The notes under the pieces were generated by a model. It did no database searches. It saw nothing but the letters and a program-made list of their open reading frames with translations, and was not told the origin of the DNA. From assembly GCA_000165425.1 (NCBI GenBank), contig CT868152.1, positions 248,001-312,000 on the forward strand: a stretch of 64,000 bases of DNA. The letters run 5' to 3'. The DNA is from Paramecium tetraurelia. Taxonomy: Eukaryota. A program made the translations under genes and the position numbers. This document shows, one piece after another, positions 57,262 through 64,000 of the stretch (position 1 is its first letter; every line of letters begins with the position of its first letter).

Positions 57262-57885
57262 TCAATTTTTGAGATCATTCTATTGTATACTTTATTATAT
57301 AAATTAGGTATATGCATAAAACATTTGCAAAACCGTAAGTTAACCAAAATCTAAAAACCCATTATTTTAATCCTCAGGCTCTTCTTACTTGGTTATAATT
57401 TTCTCTTAATTAGTTGTCTCTAGAGTTTCTTATAGATTTTTGGAGGTGAGTACTCTTTAAATAATAGAATCCACGATTTGCTGAATTATTCTTCTTTTAC
57501 TTGATAATTTCTTGTGTACTGGTATTAATTGTTAAAATTTCGAAGTATTTGAGGTCATCTATTCTTTGATTAGTCTATTTAAATTTTTTGCTAGTTTTCT
57601 AGTATTTTCTATCTAGAAATTATCAAAAAGAATTACATTAAAATGTTTATTTTGAATCACCCAATCATAACCAAACTCAATTAAGGCTTTTTTCAATTAT
57701 CCGTACTCAGATCTTTTTTCAATTGATTTAATTGACTAGATAGTTTTAATATTTTTTTTTAAGGAGTCACTGATTTCTTTGCATGTTGCTCCATTTTCTT
57801 TCATTTAAATTATCATGGCTCTTTCCTCACTCGTTGTTTTATCATATCTTTTGCTCCTGTTGTTTTTGAAGACCTTGAAATCCAT
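57262..57885 (-). CDS. Small protein with N-terminal homeodomain-like helix-turn-helix
   Basis: KRYDKTTSEERAMIIQMKENGATCKEISDSLKKNIKTIQSI. Confidence 0.6.
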
Positions 57886-57997
57886 ATAGTGTTTGTCTGT
57901 TTATTAAAACAAGATTATTATATTAATGAGTGGGAAATAACTGATTTGAGATTATAGTGCAGATATTTACTATTCTATGATTACAATAAATATATAT

Positions 57998-59277
57998 TCA
58001 CACTTTCTTATGATCTAAACAGAACTACTTAATTCTTTAACAAGCTTCCTCTATAATTTCTAAGTCACAGCAAATGACCAATCTAACAAACTTTTCACCA
58101 TAGAACAACTCGCCAGGAAAAACAAGGACATTCTGCTCCTATTGAAGTTTCTTGGCGAAATCAATGGAAGAATTAATTTCTGAAAATTCTTCTGTATTGA
58201 TAATCAAAGTTGCATACATAGCCCCCTTGGTTTCTCCAACACTAATTCCATAAGCATCATGGAGTCCATGATGCAATGCCTTGTATCTGGCATGAAGTTC
58301 CTCCATTTTTTCAGGGATAATATCTAAACTCTTTTTATAGACCTCACAAAGTGCTACCTAACATATAGTATTGGGCATCAATAAAATGTTGGTAATGTTT
58401 CTCAAGGCCTATTTAACCTATTTGAAGGCGTCTCCCTCCCCATATAGGGCCAACCAGCCCAATCTCCATCCGGGGACGAGACATTTTTTAGTCAGACCAG
58501 AACATCTCAACACAGGCACTGTTTTCGTATAATCAGAAATAAATTTAAACTCTCTCTTCTCAAAAATCATGTTCTCATAGATTTCATCACTCACTATTGG
58601 AAGATTATTGTGTCTTTCACAAACTAAAGATATTGTATGATTATATTACAGTTAACAATTTCAGTCAAAGCTATTGGACTTAATTCACTTCCCATAGGAT
58701 TGCTTGGAGAATTCACTAATATAAATTTGATATCTGGGTTCTACTCGTAGATGTATTCCAATTCTATGATATTGACTTACCAAGTTCCTGGGTTTAAATC
58801 ATAAAACACAACTTAAATGCCATAGAAATCAGCAAAGGCCTTTACCAATGGAAATGTTGGTCTGGGCATTAATATCTTGTCTCCAGGATTAGCCAAAGCC
58901 AAAGTGGCGTAAAAGAGAGCTCCACTGCCCCCACTAGCTAGAATGATGTCATCTGCCTCCAGTTTTCTATGATGAGATGATAGCACTTCTGCCAATTGAG
59001 TTCTCACATTGAAGTCACCAAAGAAATCTGTATAACCATCTATTTTTCCAACAGAATTGGCTACTATCTCCTTATATTCATTTGGAGTTTAGAATTTAGG
59101 GTAAGCTGTTGGATCGCCTAGAAGGAAAACAATCTTTTTTTCTGGTCTGCCTTCCTTTTTTCCTTCCTTTTCCACTTGAGGTACCACTTGTTCAACCCAA
59201 TTCCTTATTGGATTCAATGATACTTATGCTCTAGCAGAAGGTTTAAGCATATCCCATGATCTTTCTACCTATTGCAT
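57998..59277 (-). CDS. TAT: Tyrosine aminotransferase (PLP, class I/II)
   Basis: NPIR, LGDPTAY, DIILASGGSGAL, NSPSNPMG, SDEIYENM, SGLTKKCLVPGWRLGW, VLVFPGE. Confidence 0.9.
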
Positions 59278-59421
59278 ATTATTTTATTAATGTGATGCAA
59301 TATATGATCAAATATTTTTATATCCAGATTTAAGAAATTTATTTGTTTATTCTGCTTCTGGAACTGTATTGCCAAGAAAATTAAAAGGGAGCTTCAATTA
59401 AAATAATTATAAACAAAATTC

Positions 59422-59811
59422 ATGAGATCTATTGAGGAAGAGAATTAAAACGAATTCGAGGAATATAAACTATTCGAATATTAAACTGTCACCTAATATT
59501 GGATTAGCACAGTCATATTTATAAGCAGTTTAACTATCTTCATTGGAGGAGTGTTACTGTCATATCTTTTTGAACCTGAGATTCAAGATTGTAATATTTG
59601 CATTCATCATTTATCTAGCAGTCTAATGTATCGATATGAAAGACCAATTATTTTATTATTCCATCATCCTTATCTTCATCAGCATTAGTGAAATGTATGT
59701 CCCTCATCTATTATAGAATTATTTTTTTATTCGGTTTTGGAATGCAACATGCTGATTAAATAAAGTTTTTTGGATAAATATAAAAATATTAAAGAATTGA
59801 ATAAATAGTGA
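59422..59811 (+). CDS. Small hypothetical membrane protein (two hydrophobic segments)
   Basis: Open after removing two 22-nt GT..AG introns; WISTVIFISSLTIFIGGVLLSYLF and YYSIILIFISISEIIIFLFG. Confidence 0.5.
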
Positions 59812-59975
59812 TCCTCTTCACGTTTGTTATCATAGAAGCATACATCTATCAAAATAGAAGAATATGTAAAATAAATAAAACATACTATTCTTTATACGCT
59901 TTTTACTTTTGGCAATTGTTTTGGTGTGCATTTGTTTATAATTTTGAAAATCTTACATGACATAAATTATAGTTA

Positions 59976-61175
59976 TCAAATTATGATTTCATCATCATCA
60001 TCATCATTATCATCCCCATCTTTTTCAATTTATTACTAATCCCCCTCATTTCCTTACACTAAAGTCTCCTCCTACTACAGATTTTGATTCTATACAACCT
60101 ACTAACTCTCCTTTTCTTAAAAGCTATCCTTTCTTTGGTTCTATTCCACTACCTCTTCCACCTGCTCGAGTTTCTATATTGCTTATGGATGTTCTGGTAA
60201 GTAATTTATTATGTCATTTTCTTGGAACAATTGCAATTTCACATTTAAACTCATCATCTAACATGTGTCCAATAACTATTTTATCATCTGATAGCCTTCT
60301 TACTATTGCTAATCATAGTTTAACTTGTCAGAATCATGCAAATTTTTGTTTTCATGTCCTCTCAGATATACAATATCGATATAAAAGTCGTCATCAAAAG
60401 ATTATTGAAAATCTAAATCGCCTGCTTAGAAACGAATAATGTTTTTGAATAAGAATCCAGTATGGATCTAAAATCTAAATATTGGAATCAAATCATTTTC
60501 TGGTGTAATATGTTTACATCGAAATACTATATCATTGCTTATCTATAAGTTTGGGAGAATAAATATGCATTGTTCATCTTTCTGTATAACTTGACTTTTC
60601 TCTTCATACAATATCCCTCGCCTATCTAATATTTAAAAATAAGGTTTGAATTGTTCTAATTACTTTGGAATCCCACTCAAAATCACTGATTTCACTTTGA
60701 TTGTTTGAGTATTTAATTATTCATTTGAGAGCAAATGTGTTAGGTATTTATGAATGTACATGAGTTGAGATTTTAATGGAGATGTGAGTCCCAAAGCTTT
60801 TGCTATGATGTAAAAACTCTCCTGGATACTTGTTTTAAAAACAAGGGACCAAAAAATTGAAAGAAGTATGGCACTCCTCCCTTTATTTTGTTAACAATGG
60901 ACAATTGCAATGTTACCCTCATGTTGTATCCATTCTAAAATGCATTTACATATTAATAGTAATTCATAAAGAGGTGGACATGCAAATCCAATGTAAGAGT
61001 GCATTGAAACCTAATTCTAAAATAACTCTCTTGTATAATCATGTTCACTCAAATTCCAAATATAATAATGATGTCCATATTTTCTATTTAAATACTAAGA
61101 GACCTACACAATGTATTCTTGCTTTGGAAAAGGCATCCAAAATACATTATCTGTAATTTAATATAAAGTTTTCAT
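59976..61175 (-). CDS. PTEN/tensin/auxilin-type phosphatase-like domain + C2, acidic tail
   Basis: WMPFP, YLNRKYGHHYYIWNLSE, CPPL, IVHCQQNKGRS, FKPYFQI; poly-Asp C-terminus. Confidence 0.82.
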
Positions 61176-61188
61176 AAAATATTAATTT

Positions 61189-62486
61189 ATGGATTATCAG
61201 AAACATCTAAAGATACTGAAAGAGACCCTGGAATAACATAAGATTACTCCAGAAAACTTAAGAGAAAAAAGAAAGTCCTTCAAAGAGTTTCCAAAACAAA
61301 TAAACAATAGAGTAGTTGATGCCTTTTAATCATTTGCTCCTTTTGATAGAGCACCTGTTTGGATGATGAGGTACCATCTATGAACTATTTAAATCATAGG
61401 CAAGCAGGTAGATATCTACCAGAATATAGAGAAATTAAGGCTGAAATGGATTTTTTTGCTACTTGCCAAAATCCATTTATTGCTGCTGAAATCACCTTAT
61501 AACCAACAAAACAATTTGATATCGACGCAGCAATCATTTTTTCAGATATTCTGGTTTTGCCTAAAATGATGGGAATGGAAGTAACAATAATCCTAAGAAT
61601 AAGATCACAATCGAAGAAAAGAAAGGACCAGTCATTGCAAATCCATTGGTTACTCCAGACGATATTCAAAAGCTTCATCCTCCCAACCCAGAGCATTTAG
61701 AACACGTTTATGATGCACTATTCTTGACCAGATTGGCATTACAAGGAAAATGTAATCTAATAGGATTCTGTGGTGCTCCTTGGACTGTCTTTGCATACAT
61801 GGTAGAAGGAGGATCTAGCAAATTATTCTCAAAAGTTAAGAAATGGCTCTATTTATATACAGAGGGATCCTTATAGGTTTTAGAATTACTAGCAAAAGAA
61901 AGTGCCAAATATTTAATCAATCAAGTTAAATAAGGTGGTGCTTAAGTTGTTTAGATATTTGACTCTTGGGCAGGGTATGCATTTACATATATTCTAGTCA
62001 AATTCCAGCTTTGGATTACATAGAATTTATTATTCCTTCTTTAAGAATTTTGTTTGAAGATTTCAAGAAAGAATGTCCTGATACTCCTTTGATAATGTTC
62101 TCCAAGGATTAAAATGATAAAAAGGTTATTATTGAATTTTTAAAATTGACTTATAACGACAAACCATTGGTTGATGGATTTCAATTAGATTCTAATGTAA
62201 GTGATGAAACACTTATTAAAATCATAGAAGGAAATAGAACCATATAAGGAAATTTAGAACCAGGAGTAATTTTTATCTATAATCTTCTTAGGTGTTATTT
62301 GGAAATCCTGTTATTATAAAGAAAAGAATTTCACAAATGATTGAGAAGTTATAGACTACAAGAAGGTACATTGTAAATTTGGCACATGGACTTACTCCAG
62401 ATCATGAAGTTGAAAAAGTCAGGTTGTTCGTATAAGAATCGTAGCGTCAATCCAAATTATATAAAGCCAAGGAAATTTTGGAATGA
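61189..62486 (+). CDS. UROD: Uroporphyrinogen decarboxylase
   Basis: [62 protein letters not shown]. Confidence 0.95.
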
Positions 62487-63235
62487 ATTTTCGATTCAAT
62501 CAGTCATCTATTCAGTTTATAATTTATATCATATCTATCACTATTCTACTGTTATTCCATTCAATCGATTTCAATTTCTAATTCATCATTACCAGATGTT
62601 GGTTATTTGAATATACCAATTATATAACAAATTTTTATTAAAAAAAGACTAAAAATTCAGTAAGTAATATTCCACACTTTCAATTTCAAAACAGAAATTT
62701 AAGTAACCATGAAACTTTGGAGTAAAAGGTTCCTCGAAAAAACAAAACAAAAATTAATCCCCCTCTTCACATAGACCATCTGATTTCTCCTCATTACAGA
62801 ATTCAAAAACTTAAAGCAAAATCTATGAAATAGTAAGTTAGTAAGTTCATGAGAGCATATTATCCTTTTTCTAATGAATAATTAACTAGTGAATAAAACT
62901 CTTTTAATACAGTTGCTAATATCTGCGATAATACTCAATTTACATTTTTTAATTTTATTATATCTTGCTTAGATTTGTTTTATATATAGAACAAAAATTA
63001 TTTCTACCTCTGAAATGCATTTAGCCTTCTTCAGATTGATGATTTCATATTTCACCATTTTATTTAAAAATCACTTTTTTTATTTTTAAATGAATAATTT
63101 TTTTATATATCCCTACAATGTAAATAAAATAACAAAAATACTACTTTATAAGAAAATTCTTGGTATTTAAATATTCAGTACTAATTGATTTTATTAAAAG
63201 TAACAAAAAAATAATATTTGCTTGTAAAATTCAAA

Positions 63236-63442
63236 ATGGGTTGTTGTTCAACTAAAGGAAGACGAAAAGGCTCTCTTTCTATTCCAAAAATTAGTATTTT
63301 GAAAAAAACAAACCCCACTCAACAAGTTTAAAAAGAATTAGTCAACACAAAAAAGAAAACACTCAGTTTTTAAATGCTATCCTTAAATTCCTAAGAAGCG
63401 AATAGAAGAAGCCTTCATACCAGACAAATTATTTCAGACTGA
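63236..63442 (+). CDS. Small basic protein with MGCC dual-acylation-type N-terminus (68 aa)
   Basis: MGCCSTKGRRKGSLSIPKISILKKT...RRSLHTRQIISD-TGA, intronless. Confidence 0.55.
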
Positions 63443-64000
63443 AATAAATGAAGAATAATGATTATATTTTTTATATATGTTCTAAATTATTGTTATGTAA
63501 TTAGCAATGATTATTCTTAATGTAAGTTTCAATGCTCCATCTAGAAGATAATTTGGCTGTATTTCTAAATGTTTAACAGGTAAATACTTGTGATTAGTAT
63601 ATTAACAGTAATGCTTACTTAAATAGATATGGTGAGGTTACATTTTATATTAAATGAGTTATTATTATAAAAAAAATTAGTGTTGTGAAGTTCAATAGCA
63701 AAAGGAACGATGTTGACACTTAGTTGATGTCTTTTAACACCTGATCGATTTTTAAAGAAATTTATAATATATTTTATAAATTATAGTATTATAAATTTAA
63801 ATTAAATTATTAAAATTTCACTTCATAAAATGAACTACAAAGCAACACAATATTGCTAGGAATTAGAATAATAAAATATTTAGAATTTATGAGTTGGGGA
63901 TAACCTGAAGAAGTACCTTAGCAAGCATAATCTTGGGGTAATGCAGAATCAACATGGGGCAATACTGGAGATCAATAATAATAGGATAATAAGCCAGCAT

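Noticed and set aside
59990..60015. (TCA)n microsatellite
   Set aside because: Poly-Asp codons at the end of the PTEN-like gene.

Overview
A gene-dense, very AT-rich eukaryotic window that reads as ciliate macronuclear DNA, most likely Paramecium. TAA/TAG occur in frame throughout conserved proteins (genetic code 6, Gln), TGA is the only stop, introns are tiny (about 21-31 nt, GT...AG) and intergenic spacers are often only tens of bp. The supplied standard-code ORF track therefore gives only fragments, so I retranslated genes by eye with code 6 and removed introns. About 40 protein genes are supported, mostly housekeeping: QTRT2-like, USP, RBM39-like, cyclin, MFS, MYCBP, COPA, BIVM, RPL7A, PSTK-like, HIBCH, ABC1/ADCK, PWI protein, RPLP1, CBS-type GMP reductase, kelch, prolidase, MAPK, AGC and CDK kinases, H2A.Z, TAT, PTEN-like and UROD, plus one clear kinase pseudogene. 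I see no operon-like novel system, CRISPR, rRNA/tRNA or intact transposon. The most notable items are a RanBP2-ZnF protein with tandem ERI-1-type exonuclease domains next to a divergent RPA1-like OB-fold gene, a trypanosomatid-type CBS-GMPR, a motor-less TH1+PH protein, and head-to-head genes with only 13-27 bp between ATGs. All family calls come from motif recognition by eye; no searches were run.
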